From: Octopus sinensis
Lineage: Eukaryota
Assembly: GCF_006345805.1 (NCBI RefSeq)
Contig: NC_043026.1
Location: 6,696,001-6,760,000, forward strand
Length of the DNA: 64,000 nt
Reading direction: 5' to 3'
Position numbers and translations under genes: made by a program. This document shows positions 11,420 through 23,375 of the stretch, piece after piece. Numbering within the stretch: position 1 is the first letter of the stretch; the number at the start of each line of letters is the position of its first letter. The notes beneath the pieces were generated by a model. That model was not told the origin of the DNA and made no database searches. It worked only from the letters and a program-made list of their open reading frames with translations.

Positions 11420-13436
11420 TATATAATACCTGTACATCATCTCCAAACCTTCCAATATATATATATATATATATATGGTCACACTCCTGTCACAACCTGG
11501 GACCTTGAAGACTGCTTTAATGCAAGAAAGTATACTAGTCCCTTAATATTTGATATTCAATATTTCATCTATTCAATAAGACAATCAATACTTTATTTCT
11601 TTTTTACTATATATATATATATACTATTTATACTATATATTCTATATTAATATTATAAAGAATATAAATAAAACACGTAAAAAACAGACAGAGTTGGAAT
11701 TCCTTTGGATAACATATATCCCTCTATACACAATCATAGAAACCCCTTTATATATATATATATATATAATCCCTTTATGGGATGCTGTAGGAAAGGATTT
11801 TTATGATATGGAATAAGTCAAGTTCAAATCATTTATGTGACACTTTGTGCTAATACCTTCTACTATAGCCTCGGGTCGACCAAAGCCTTCCGAATAGATT
11901 TGTAAAAAAGGAAACTGAAAGAAGCCCGTCGTTATTGTGTGTGTGTATGTTTGTCCCCCCCCATCTTCGCTTGACAACCGATGCTGGTGTGTTTACGGGG
12001 ACGTAAACACACCAGCATCGGTTGTCAAGCATCGAAGGTGGCGGGGGACACAAACATACACACACACATTAACGACGGGCTTCTTTCAGTTTCCGTCTGC
12101 CAAATCTACTCACAAGGCTTTGGTCGACCCGAGGCTATAGTAGAAGAGACACTTGCCCGAGGTGCCACGCAGTGGGACTGAACCCGGAACCATGTGGCTG
12201 GTGAGCAAGCTACATACCACGTGCGTGTGCACACACACACACGTATTTATATGTATGTTTCCTGTATCTCAAATATTTACGCTTGGCTGCTTCTGTGACA
12301 CACAAAGACGATATTAATAGTCTTAATTATCAAGTTGTGACTAATTGACTGACGAAATGTCCACCACTGGAACGCCTGTGATCATAAGTTCTCTACATAA
12401 TAAAGACTAGCTTCTTAGAAATAGCAGCCAAATCTCCCCCAAATCACACCTTTATGTATGTCATTCAGTTTTATTTCATGGTTTCTTGCCAATAGAGAAG
12501 GAACCGGTTTCTAACCCAGATCCAAGGCTCCTTCATTGGAATTTCAATATCTGGATATTTTTGTTTGTTTGTATGTGTGCAGATTTGTATGTTTTGCTTT
12601 ATGTACGTCTTCTCATGCATATAGCTACATATCTAGACATATATATATATTCAGATATATTTAAATGCTAAACTTCTGGAAAGTTTTACAGATTTTTACA
12701 GTTCCACTGATGGATCGGATCTGTAGTCTTCGAATTAGCTTTCTCCTTTCTGGTTGTGAGAAGCCTAATTTCTCAAGATTGGTATTTAGGCAGTGTGTTA
12801 CCATATCCCAGGGCCCCAATAATTACAGGTATAAACTTGAACTTGTAATCTATGTATGTATAAGCTAATGAGGGAGACCCTGTATGGTTGTTAGAACTGG
12901 TATGCATAGTAGCCAAATCTCCCTCGAATCATGTATGTAAGAGCCAATGAGAGAGACTTCTAAATGGAAGCTAGACCTAGTAGAAATAGCAGCTAAATCT
13001 CCCTTAAATTACCCTACTGTCTTATCTATGTATATATGTATGATCCAATGAGGGAGACCTCTACAAGGTAGCTAGACCTGGTAGAAATAGCAGCCAAATC
13101 TCCTGAAAAGCTGAAAAGCAAAGTCGACCTGAGCGGAATTTGAAATAGCAACAACAACAACAACAATAATAATTTTGTATCCTCAATTTTTTTATTTCCC
13201 AATTTAATAACAAAAAGAAAAAAGTGGATGAGTACACCGCAGAGCAAACGGCAAGTAATAATGTGTTTAGTCGTGCTCTACAGATATGACCGTGATGGCG
13301 TTGCTGTGGAAATGACACTTGCTACAATATCCATCCCCACCTCGCAGGGATCATGACCGAAGGGGTTTTTTATCCTTTACCCTATGTACATATAATGGTG
13401 TGGAGTAGGGAAGCTGGTATGCATGGGGGACTCTCT

Positions 13437-13817
13437 TTACTCTTTTACTTGTTTGTCATTTGACTGCGGCCATGCTGGAGCACCACCTTTAGACGAGCAA
13501 ATCAACCCCGGGACTTATCCTTTGTAAGCCCAGTACTTAATCTATCGGTCTCTTTTTGCCGAACCGCTAAGTGACGGGGACGTAAACACACCAGCATCGG
13601 GGACAAACACAGGCATACAAATACACATATATATATATATATATATACATACATATATACGACGGGCTTCTTTCAGTTTCCGTCTGCCAAATCCACTCAC
13701 AATGCATTGGTCGGCCCGTGGCTATAGCAGAAGACACTTGCCCAAGGTGCCATGCAGTGGGACTGAACCCGGAACCATGTGGTTCGTAAGCAAGCTACTT
13801 ACCACACAGCCACTCCT
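13437..13817 (-). mobile_element. tRNA-derived SINE family A, full length
   Basis: Pol III boxes TGGCTGTGTGG and GGTTCAGTCCC; central (TA)n/(CA)n; tail GCATGGCCGCAGTCAAATGAC..(GTAAAAGA)n; many copies in window. Confidence 0.85.
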
Positions 13818-13951
13818 GGACTTGTGCCTCGGAGGGGAATTTTCTAGGTGCAACCCCACTGAAGGGGGTCTTTACCATTTATTCTATTTCATTTTTTTCT
13901 TACTTGTTTTACTCATTTGAGGCCATGCTGGAGCATCACCTTAAGTGAGAT

Positions 13952-14072
13952 GCTTACAGCGCCTAGGTTTTTCCCAAGCGGTCACCCATCTAAGTACTTA
14001 CTAGGCGGGGATGTTGCTTAACTCCGGTAACCAGACGAGAACTGGGACATTCAAAGTGCTATGACGGTAAGC
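13952..14072 (-). rRNA. 5S: Orphan 5S rRNA-like copy (divergent variant or pseudogene), 121 nt
   Basis: Minus strand GCTTACCGTCATAGCACTTTGAATGTCCCAGTTCTCGTCTGGTTACCGGAGTTAAGCAACATCCCCGCCTAGTAAGTACTTAGATGGGTGACCGCTTGGGAAAAACCTAGGCGCTGTAAGC; box A/IE/box C recognisable; termini GCTTAC/GTAAGC pair; no oligo-T terminator. Confidence 0.85.
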
Positions 14073-14600
14073 GATATCGCCATATATGTACATTTATGTG
14101 TGTGTGTGTGTTCTCATGCACTGCTTGACACCTGGTGTTGGTCTGTTTACATCCCTATAACTAAGTCTTAGTGTTTCATCTAAACAGACAAAACAGAATA
14201 GGTACCGTACTTTTATTCTTTCAAGGCAGTGCTCCAGTATGGTCGCTGTCCAAACTGAAACGTGTAAAAGACAAAAGGTCGTTATATAAAATTGCGTTGC
14301 CATTATGTAGAAGCCAGGTTTATTAATTATTGTGCAACTTAAGATATTTGTTTAATTACCTTATCTAATATTTATTGTATTTAAATGTATTGTGACTTAT
14401 TAATCCTTCTCTCTGCCCCTTCACCTGTCTGACATACTTTATTTCGGCCTCTTGTGGCTGTGTGTCAAGGAATTTAATTCTCGAATACATGGTTCCAGGT
14501 TCAGTCCCACTGCATGTCACCTCAGGCAAATATCTTTTGCTGTAGCCCTGGGTCGACCAATGTTTTGTAAGTGGATTTGGTAGATAAAAACTGAAAGAAG

Positions 14601-15005
14601 GTGGCGGGCTGGCAGAAACGTTAGCACACCGGGCAAAATGCTTTGGGGTATTTTGTCTGTCTTTGCGTTCTGAGTTCAAATTCCACCAAGGTTGACTTTG
14701 CCTTTCATCCTTTCAGGGTCGATAAATTAAGTACCAGTTACGCACTGGGGTCGATATAATCGACTTAATCCGTTTGTCCTCTCTGTGTTTAGTCCCCTGT
14801 GGGTAGTAAAGAAATAGGTTTTTCGTCTGTCTTTGCATTCTGAGTTCAAATTCTGCTGAGGTTGACCTTGCCTTTCATCCTTTCGGAGTCAATAAATTAA
14901 GTACCAGTTATGCACTCAGGTCGATGTAACCGACTTAATTCGTCTGTCTGTCCTTGTTTGTCCCCTCTATGTTTAGCCCCTTGTGGGCAATAAAGAAATA
15001 AGAAA
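14601..15005 (+). mobile_element. SINE family B, head + 2 tandem bodies
   Basis: Box B GAGTTCAAATTCC; core GCCTTTCATCCTTTCGGGGTCGATAAATTAAGTACCAG repeated; second unit starts at 14818. Confidence 0.8.
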
Positions 15006-15009
15006 TCTT

Positions 15010-15314
15010 TTATTTGATATTAATTGGTTGAAGGAGAGGGTTTTCTTCTAGCTGCTCGTCCATAATACCCAACCTTATGCAGGTATGTAACACATGTTCT
15101 TGGACTAACTTCTAAAGTCAGAAGCTTTCGAACAGGGTTTGTTTTCCACAATTCTCTTCAGACAGTGAAGCTTCCCTTCTGAGAGCCCAGTTCGGCCAGG
15201 ACAAGAATCTGTTGATTCTTTCCCTTGGCTTTTGAATTGCACTATAATTCTATTAATAGTAGCAGAAGGAATTTGAAGATTTTCCGCAATTTTTCGCTGG
15301 CTAAGACCAGCCTC
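15010..15314 (-). pseudogene. Tc1/mariner transposase N-terminal (paired/HTH) fragment, disrupted
   Basis: EAGLSQRKIAENLQIPSATINRIIVQFKSQG..PGR..LKRIVENKP..ASD, then after a deletion/frameshift VSPRTCVTYLHKVGYYGRAARRKP, a Tc1-type motif. Confidence 0.8.
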
Positions 15315-15378
15315 AGGCCTTGGGCTGACCACAGCCTTGTGAGTGGATTTGGTAGATGGAAACTGAAAGAAGCCAGTC

Positions 15379-15430
<52 letters not shown>

Positions 15431-15632
15431 CTGTGTTTGTCCCCCCAACATCACTTGACAACCAGTGCTGGTGTGTTTACGTCCCCGTAACTTAGCAGTT
15501 TGGCAAAAGAGACTGATAGAATAAGTACTAGGCTTATAAAGAATAAGTCCTAGGGTCACTTTGCTCGACTAAAAGGCGATGCTCCAGCATGGCCGCAGTC
15601 AAATGACTGAAACGAGTAAAAGAGTAAAGAGT
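15312..15632 (+). mobile_element. SINE family A, 5'-truncated
   Basis: Body and tail match other A copies. Confidence 0.8.
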
Positions 15633-16340
15633 ACGTTTCATGTATGGCAAGGGCCTGGGGCCCCCCCCTTGATGGAGTATAAAACGTCATGGCAACTACC
15701 TGTGAATTTATTAAATCGTATAAAAGATTTATAATGAGGAAAAGAAAAAGAAATCTTGAGAGTTGACATCTTGGGAGTCATAAAAGTGAAGAAGGAGCTG
15801 ATTGTAAAGCAATAAATGTCTTGAGATGCGAGGAAGGAAGGCCAACGCTGGAAGTGGCCACCCACGTGGAGTCAGCTAACATATTGTTATAGTGCATGTA
15901 TGTATATTAGTGTGTGTGTGTGTGTGTATTTTGTTTTACTTGTTTCAGTCATTTGGATGTGGCCATCCTGGAGCACAGTCTTAAAGGGATTTCGTAGAAT
16001 AAATTGGACTCCAGGACTTTTTTTTTTGTGTAAAGCTTAGTATTTATTCTATCAGTCTCTTTTGCCAAACCGCTAAGTTATAGGGATGGAGGGATGGAAA
16101 CACGCCAACATCAGTTGTCAAGCGATGGCAGGGGACAAACAAAGACACACAAATGTTAAATATATATATATATATGTATATGTAGGCGTAGGTGTGGCTG
16201 TGTGGTAAGTAGCTTGCTTATGAACCACATGATTCTGGGTTCAGTCCCACTGCATGGCACCTTGGGCAAGTATCTAATACTATAGCCTCGGGCCGACCAA
16301 AGTGGATTTGGTAGACGGAAACTGAAAGAAACCCGTCATA

Positions 16341-16379
<39 letters not shown>

Positions 16380-16422
16380 ACTTTTCTTCTAATTTTTCTA
16401 AATTTAAATTATTTAATCGTTA

Positions 16423-16460
16423 CAGTTGAAAAGGTCTCAAAATGACCGAAACCGGTACTG
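16423..16460 (+). ncRNA. Degenerate minimal hammerhead ribozyme motif
   Basis: CAG TTGAAAA GGTC-TCAAAAT-GACC GAAA CCGG T A CTG: stems I/II and palindromic stem III intact; core differs from CUGANGA by two transitions. Confidence 0.5.
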
Positions 16461-16544
16461 AAATGTTCACTATAAAATTATTTTAGCATTTTCTATTTTT
16501 TACTTGTTTTTTCATATAATCAACTCGTTGTTCCTTTTCACCCT

Positions 16545-16575
<31 letters not shown>

Positions 16576-16648
16576 ATATTATATACAACACACACACACA
16601 CACCACACACACACACATCTACATACACACATACATACATACATACAT

Positions 16649-16691
<43 letters not shown>

Positions 16692-16986
16692 CTGTGTTTG
16701 ACCCCCCCCAACATAGCAGAAGACACCTGCCGGATTTTAAAACACTGGGTGATGTGATGATGATGATGGTTAGCTCACTCTCTTCATCAAATTGACAATG
16801 TTTGAACAGGTGCAAGGTGTACCACACGTCAGGTGTTAAATTGATTGCAGGGCAGCAAGGGATGGAGTGTCTTGCTCAAGAATACAATGCAACACTCTAT
16901 CTGGGAATTGAAATCACCATCTTGTGATGTATATATGTGTGTGTGTGTGTGTGTGTGAGAGATATGTATATAAAATATGTGTATAC

Positions 16987-17274
16987 ATCATCATCGTTTA
17001 ACGTCCGCTTTCCATGCTGGCATGGGTTGGACGATTTTGACGAACCAGATGGCTGCACCAGGCTCCAATCTTGATCTGGCAGAGTTTCTACAGCTGGATG
17101 CCCTTCCTAATGCCAACCACTCAGCAGAGTGTAGTGGGTGCTTTTTACGTGCCACCGATGGTCATCATTTAACATCCGTGTTCCATGCTAGCATGGGTGG
17201 GACAGTTTCACGAGCGCCAGCCAGCCCCAGACTTCTGTGACTGTTTTGGCAGGGTTTTCTGCAGCTGGATGCCC
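16987..17274 (-). mobile_element. SINE family C ((GAT)n-tailed), two adjacent copies; second is split by the RTE insertion and resumes at 18156-18215
   Basis: CATCATCGTTTAACGTCCGCTTTCCATGC..CAGCTGGATGCCCTTCCTAA motif; sequence continues after 18155. Confidence 0.75.
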
Positions 17275-18148
17275 ATCATCACCATCATTGTTCGACCTTG
17301 GTTGAGACAATGGAACTTACCATGCTACGCCAGACTTCACGGTCCATCATGGCATTACGGAAGTCCTGTTGCTGGATGCCTGTATCCCTGGAGATGACAT
17401 CAGGGTAGGAGAGTGTGCGCCCTCTGGTATCGCGACCTTGGTCGAGACAATGGAACTTACCATGCTACGCCAGACTTCACGGTCCATCATGGCATTACGG
17501 AGGTCCTGTTGCTGGATGCCTGTATCCCTGGAGATTACATCAGGGTAGGAGAGTGTGCGCCCTCTGGTATCGCGACCGTGGTCGAGACAATGGAACTTAC
17601 CATGCTACGCCAGACTTCACGGTCCATCATGGTATTACGGAAGTCCTGTTGCTGGATGCCTGTATCCCTGGAGATTACATCAGGGTAGGAGAGTGTGCAC
17701 CCTCTGGCATTGCGAGTAGATGGCTTCCAGGGGAGAAGAGTAGAAATTACCTTACTCTTTTTCAGCTCTACAACAATGTCCAGCCAACTGGACTCTCCTA
17801 CCTTTCACAAGAGATGACACAGTGGGTAGTTTCCCTCCCATATATTTGCATTTTGGTTGGATGACGCTTCCACGAGAGATTTTGAGCTCTCATAAGGAGG
17901 CGAGTGTAGGTTCCATCCAACTGCCTCTCAAGCTTCTTTGATAACGTCCAGGTTTCTGAGCCATATAGTAGAATTGGTTTGACTGGTATCGCGAGCAGAT
18001 GGCTTCCAGAGGAGAAGAGTAGAAATTACCTCTTTTTCAGCTCCACAACAATGTCCAGCAAACTGGACTTTCCTACCTTTCACAAGAGATGACACAGGTG
18101 GTAGTTCCCCATATATTTGCATTTTGGTTGGATGGCGCTTCCACGAGA
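17275..18148 (-). mobile_element. RTE-clade LINE 3' fragment with internal tandem duplications, TSD GATGCCC
   Basis: Minus-strand translation SWKRHPTKMQIYGELPPVSSLVKGRKVQFAGHC..LLLWKPSARDTRGRTLSYPDVISRDTG..MMDREVWRSMV; (ATG)n-like tail; GATGCCC at 17268-17274 and 18149-18155. Confidence 0.85.
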
Positions 18149-18462
18149 GATGCCCTTCCTAACACCAACTACTCAGCAGAGTGGACTTACTGCTTTTTAC
18201 ATGGCACCAGCACAGATGAGGTGGTTGACATAAGCATGAGATATGTCCATATATGTATATGAGGGGCTTCTTTCAGTTTCCATTTACCAAATCCACTGAC
18301 AAAGCACTGGTTGGCCTGGGTCTATACTACAAGACTCTTATACAAGCTGCTTTGCTGTGGAACCCAGAATCATTTGGATGAGAAGCAAACTTCCTGCCAC
18401 AAAATATTGGGAAAATCTGTTTTGATGTATTTTTACTAGTTTTTTTTTCCATCTTTCTTTAG

Positions 18463-18561
18463 AGAAGGCGAGAAACGAATTTCTTGGACTATCCTGAAGA
18501 AATCTAACGAAGTTGATTATCTCTTATGATAACACTACCTGTTGATAACATCACAGAACAG
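18463..18561 (+). other. Candidate internal exon (99 nt) of an unannotated plus-strand transcript
   Basis: Acceptor ttttccatctttctttag| and donor AACAG|GTAAGA; stops in all three frames; ATG at 18526 gives MITLPVDNITEQ in phase 0. Confidence 0.45.
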
Positions 18562-19521
18562 GTAAGATACATTCTTTTATCATTGATTTGTTTCAGTCAG
18601 TAGGCTGTGGCCATGCTGGGGCACTGTTAAACAGTTTGATGTAAATCCTTTTTTTTTTTAAAGTCTAGTACTTATTTTATCAGTCACTTTTGCTGAACTG
18701 CTAAGTTACAGGGATGTAAATTAACCAACACACTGTCAGGTCACTTGTGAGGTTTCTGGTGCCATGGAATTCAGGACACCCTGTTGCATGGTTGGGTCGT
18801 CGATGACTAAAGGATGGATGAACCTAGAATAAGGTTCTGTGACCATCCAGCAATAGCAGAGATCCCCCAGAAATTCCAGGTTGATGTTTGGCATGATGAT
18901 GATGGAAGACCACTGGGAGTGAGGGACCCTAGCAAACATTTTCCCATACAACCACACCTGCACCTATTGCTTTTTTTTTTTTTGCTAATTGAAATTTTGC
19001 AGTTTTCAAGAAGCTGATGCCCAGGTACTGATATCTTGTAAATATGTGTGAAAACATCTTGTGTCCTTCCCATCACGGGGTCTTGGTCTTTCGTCATTGC
19101 CTCTGTGAGGCCGAAATAATTACTATGAAGCATTTTGTAGTATATATTGTGTGTATATATATATATTTCTTCTCCTGTTTCCTTCTCCCCTTTCTTTCTC
19201 CCCCCCCCCCCTACACCCCCCTTACCCCCCCTCTTCCCTCATCTCCTCTCTCTACACTACACCATACGACTTTACACATCACATCATATATACATACACA
19301 CGTCCAGACCTCTCATACGCACTAATACTCTCATACACACACACACACACTCTTATGTTGGAGTAAGGTCATTCAACCCTATTATCTCCCCTAATTTCGC
19401 TCTTGCGTCTCATGTTTGATCTTTGACTTCTGGCCGAAATCAGATCGCCATGTTGATTCGCTAGCTTCTGCACGCATATTTTTTTCTCTCCTTCTTTCTG
19501 TGTTTTTTTTCTCTCTGTGTA

Positions 19522-19559
19522 TCTTTCTGTTGAAGAGCGTAGGCTCGAAATGTTAAAGA
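19522..19559 (+). ncRNA. Penelope-type minimal hammerhead ribozyme motif (degenerate) in a ~330-bp element (19370-19700)
   Basis: TCTTT CTGTTGA A GAGC-GTAG-GCTC GAAA TG T T AAAGA: stem I TCTTT/AAAGA, stem II; core has A6>U and stem III has a likely CpG decay (AACGTT>AATGTT). Confidence 0.55.
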
Positions 19560-20267
19560 CTTGTTTTATTTATATTTCCTGAGCGCCATACTAATACAAT
19601 TGTTTGTTTGTATTCCACCTGTCTTCGTCTTTTGTTTATTTCCGTAAACCTGCCTTCGTCTTTTGTCTATTTTCATAAAGCTTCCCGTTATAAATATATA
19701 TATACACACATTCATTAATTGGTGTGCATTCAAAGCAATGATTAGTAACTTACAAAACCACTGGTATGTTTGAATCTCTTTAATAATTTCACAATAATGA
19801 CTTTTATTACTTTTATTCCTACCTCAGTTCATCTAATTGTATATATCTTTTGTTACTTTGCATAAAAAGCCTTTACTTTTTTTTTTATTTCCAATGTGCA
19901 TTTTCGTCTATTTTTCTTACTTTCCCCTTACATTACCACGTGTAGTTTCTATTTTCTTTTTGTAACATATTTCTATTATATATACACACACACACACAGA
20001 GTAATGCTCTGATATACAGGTTAATATCTTCTCGGACGCTGCTCATAAAGTGGAAACCCATAAATCAGAGCAATAATTTCTCATAGAAGCAATGGAATTT
20101 TATGCCGTCATTTTACTCCGTCATTGTGTAGGCATGTCAAGACCAGTGTTGCCACGTTGGCCACACACACAAAATGGCTGTTTTATCTTTTGTATTAATT
20201 ATAAAATAAAGCTTGTAAAACCAGGGTCTCGTTAAGCAGGTCCTCCACAAAGTGAGGTATTTACTGT

Positions 20268-20471
20268 ATACTCTTTTACTTGTTTCAGTTATTTGACTGC
20301 AGCCATGCTGGAGCACCGCCTTTAGTCAAGCAAATCGACCCCGGGACTTATTCTTTGTAAGCCCAGTACTTATTCTATCGGTCTCTTTTGCCGAACTGCT
20401 AGGTTACGGGAACGTAAACACACCAGCATCGGTTGTCAAGCAATGCTAGGGGGACAAACACACACACACAC

Positions 20472-20515
<44 letters not shown>

Positions 20516-20612
20516 TACGATGGGCTTCTTTCAGTTTCTGTCTACCAAGTCCACTCACAAGACTTTAGTTGGCCAAAGACTATAGTAGAAGAAACTTGCC
20601 CAAGGTGCCACA
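20268..20612 (-). mobile_element. SINE family A
   Basis: Matches other copies; head partly missing. Confidence 0.8.
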
Positions 20613-20664
20613 CAAAACACAGAACTGTATATATTATATATATTGGCATTGAAAGTTATCCCAA

Positions 20665-21030
20665 CCGCAGAACGGGGCACCACTGCATGGTACCAAAGAT
20701 CCCAACATCACCATCAAAATACAGGACCAGATACTGCAACAGCTTGGGTTTCAGGGGTCCAAGCTCTTTAACATCCTCCCTAAATGCCTGTGAGACCTGC
20801 ATGGTGTGGATGTGGGTTTCTTTAAAAGTAAACTGGATCTCTTCTTGTCAGGGGTTCCAGATGAACCTACCTCTCGGCAGGAAACACAGATGCGGGCAGC
20901 GGCGTCGAACTCCCTTGTTGACCAAGTGCCATGTGTCAGAGGTGGTTTCGCATACTAGTGTACCACATTCAAAGGTGGTGCCCCAGCATGGCCGCGGCCT
21001 TCAGACTGAATCAATTTTAAGTATTTAAGG
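20665..21030 (+). mobile_element. CR1/L2-group LINE 3' fragment, frameshifted
   Basis: RYCNSLGFRGP / KLFNILPKCL*DLHGVDVGFFKSKLDLFLSGVPDEPTSRQ; same family as 6197-6482. Confidence 0.8.
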
Positions 21031-21370
21031 ATATATATATATATGTATATTACTATGGCACTCCATGAATTACAATGACGAGGTTTCCAGTTGCCCCAAT
21101 CAATGGAATAGCCTGCTCATGAAATTAATGTGCAAGTGGCTGAGTATTCCACAGACATGTGCACCCTTAGTGTTGTTCTCAGCATGACACAGAGTGTGAC
21201 AAGGCTGGCCTTTTCAAATACAGGTACAACAGGAGCAGGAAGAAAGTTGTGGTGAAAGAGTTCAGCAGGGTTTGCCACCATCCCCTGCTAGAGCCTTGTG
21301 GAGCTTTTGGTGTTTCGGCTCAATAAACACCCACAAGGCCTGGTACTTTATTTTATCGGCAGAGTGGTAC

Positions 21371-21762
21371 TCTTTACTCTTTTACTTGTTTCAGTCATTT
21401 GATTGCGGCCATGCTGGAGCACCGCCTTTAGTCAAGCAACTCAACCCCGGGACTACTGTAAGCCCAGTACTTATTCTATCGGTCCCTTTTGCCGAACCGC
21501 TAAGTGACGGGGACATAAACACACCAGCATCGGTTGTCAAGCAATGCTAGGGGGGACAAACACAGACACACACACGCATATATATTTATATACATATATA
21601 CGACGGGCTTCTTTTCAGTTTCCGTCTACCAAATCCACTCACAAGGCTTTGGTCGGCCCGGGGCTATAGTAGAAGACACTTGCCCAAGGTGCCACGCAGT
21701 GGGACTGAACCCGGAACCATGTGGTTGGTAAACAAGCTACTTACCACACAGCCACTCCTGCG
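21371..21762 (-). mobile_element. SINE family A, full length
   Basis: Head, body and tail present. Confidence 0.85.
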
Positions 21763-22594
21763 CCTTTATTTTATTTTATTTACTTTATTTTATTTTATCA
21801 GCTGAGTGGTACTTCATTCTGTCGGCAGAATGGTACTTCATTTTATCAGGCAAGTGGTACTTCATTTTATTGGCCTCGGTATGTTTTGTTTTGCCGGGAC
21901 GAGAGGTGCTTTATATCACTGGATGAGAGTAGTATTTTGCTTCACCGGATGACCGGTACTTTATTTTACTGGATCGGGTCCCATGGGATGTGCAAAAAAA
22001 GCTAGGTTGCCCTTGGTCAAATTTGAACACAAAACTGTTAAGGAAACTAGAACTAAGAACCCCCAAGGCCTCGTTTGTTCCCTTCCCCCCCCATGATATT
22101 CCTGTAGATTTGTTTCCCCCACCCACCCACCCTTTCTTACCCTGCCACCTTAAGATAAAATTAAAATTAAAATAATTAAGAAAACTAATTAAGAAAACCT
22201 CTTGTGTATTTGACAAGAGCAAGGAGAATGTTGTTTGCAAATGCAAGTTGTTAGGCTCCCCCCACCCCCACCCCTCACCCCGGGTGGTCACGGTGGGTGG
22301 GGGTGGGGGAGATTGCTGCAACTGGTCTTCTTCCCTTCTTTTTCTTTTATTCCCCCCCACCACCACCACCACCACCACCAGTTGCTTCTAATCTTTAAAC
22401 AAGGACAATGTTTAATAAGAATCCTGGGACAGACACACAGACAGAAAACAGACATAGGGAGAGGGAGAGAGAGACAAAGGAGAGAGAAGGAGATGAAAGG
22501 AGTTTTGTGTTTGTTTAAGGGGAGGAACAGAGAGAGAGAGAGAGGCTTGTTTGTTCAAGGGGAGGTTACACTGACTTAAAGATTCAATATATTA

Positions 22595-22630
<36 letters not shown>

Positions 22631-22859
22631 GTTCTGCTGCTGCTGCTGTTACTACTGCCTCAGATTTGAGTTAATTTCTTGTCTTTCTCTCTCCTTCTAG
22701 TGACAGCAGGGAGGGTGTCAATAAAATGAAACAGCCAGTCAAGAGCTGGTGTTGATATAATTGTCAACCCTGCCCCCCCCCCTTCGCTACCATGGAAAAG
22801 GTTTGGCCTTGTACCTATCTCAGATATTTATTATTACTATTATCATTATCATCATCATC

Positions 22860-23375
22860 AAGGCAGTGAGCTGGCAGAAACGTTGGCACGCTGGGCGAAA
22901 TGCGTCGCCGTATTTCGTCTGCCGTTACGTTCTGAGTTCAAATTCCGCCGAGGTCGACTTTGCCTTTCATCCTTTCGGGGTCGACAAATTAAGTACCAGT
23001 TATGCACTGGGGTCAATATAATTCTACTTAATCCGTTGGTCTGTCCTTGTTCGTCCTCTCTGTATTTAGCCCCTTGTGGGTAGTAATGAAATAGGTATTT
23101 CGTCTGCTGTTATGTTCTGAGTTCAAATTCCACTGAGGTCGACTTTGCCTTTCATCCTTTCAGGGTCGATTAAATTAAGTACCAGTCACGCACTGGGGTT
23201 GATGTAATCGACTTAATCTGTCTGTTTGTCCTTGTTTGTCCCCTCTGTATTTAGCCCCTTGTGGGTAGTAAAGAAATAGGTATTTCGTCCGCCGCTATGT
23301 TCTGAGTTCAGCATTTTGTCCAGCTGTACCTTTCTGAGTTCCAATTCCACCAAGGTCAACTTAGTCTTTCATCCT
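22860..23375 (+). mobile_element. SINE family B, head + 2 full bodies + partial third (period 184-185 bp)
   Basis: Units start at 22911, 23095 and 23280. Confidence 0.85.

Noticed and set aside
17413-17864. Plus-strand repetitive 149-aa ORF
   Set aside because: Antisense translation of the triplicated RTE 3' end.
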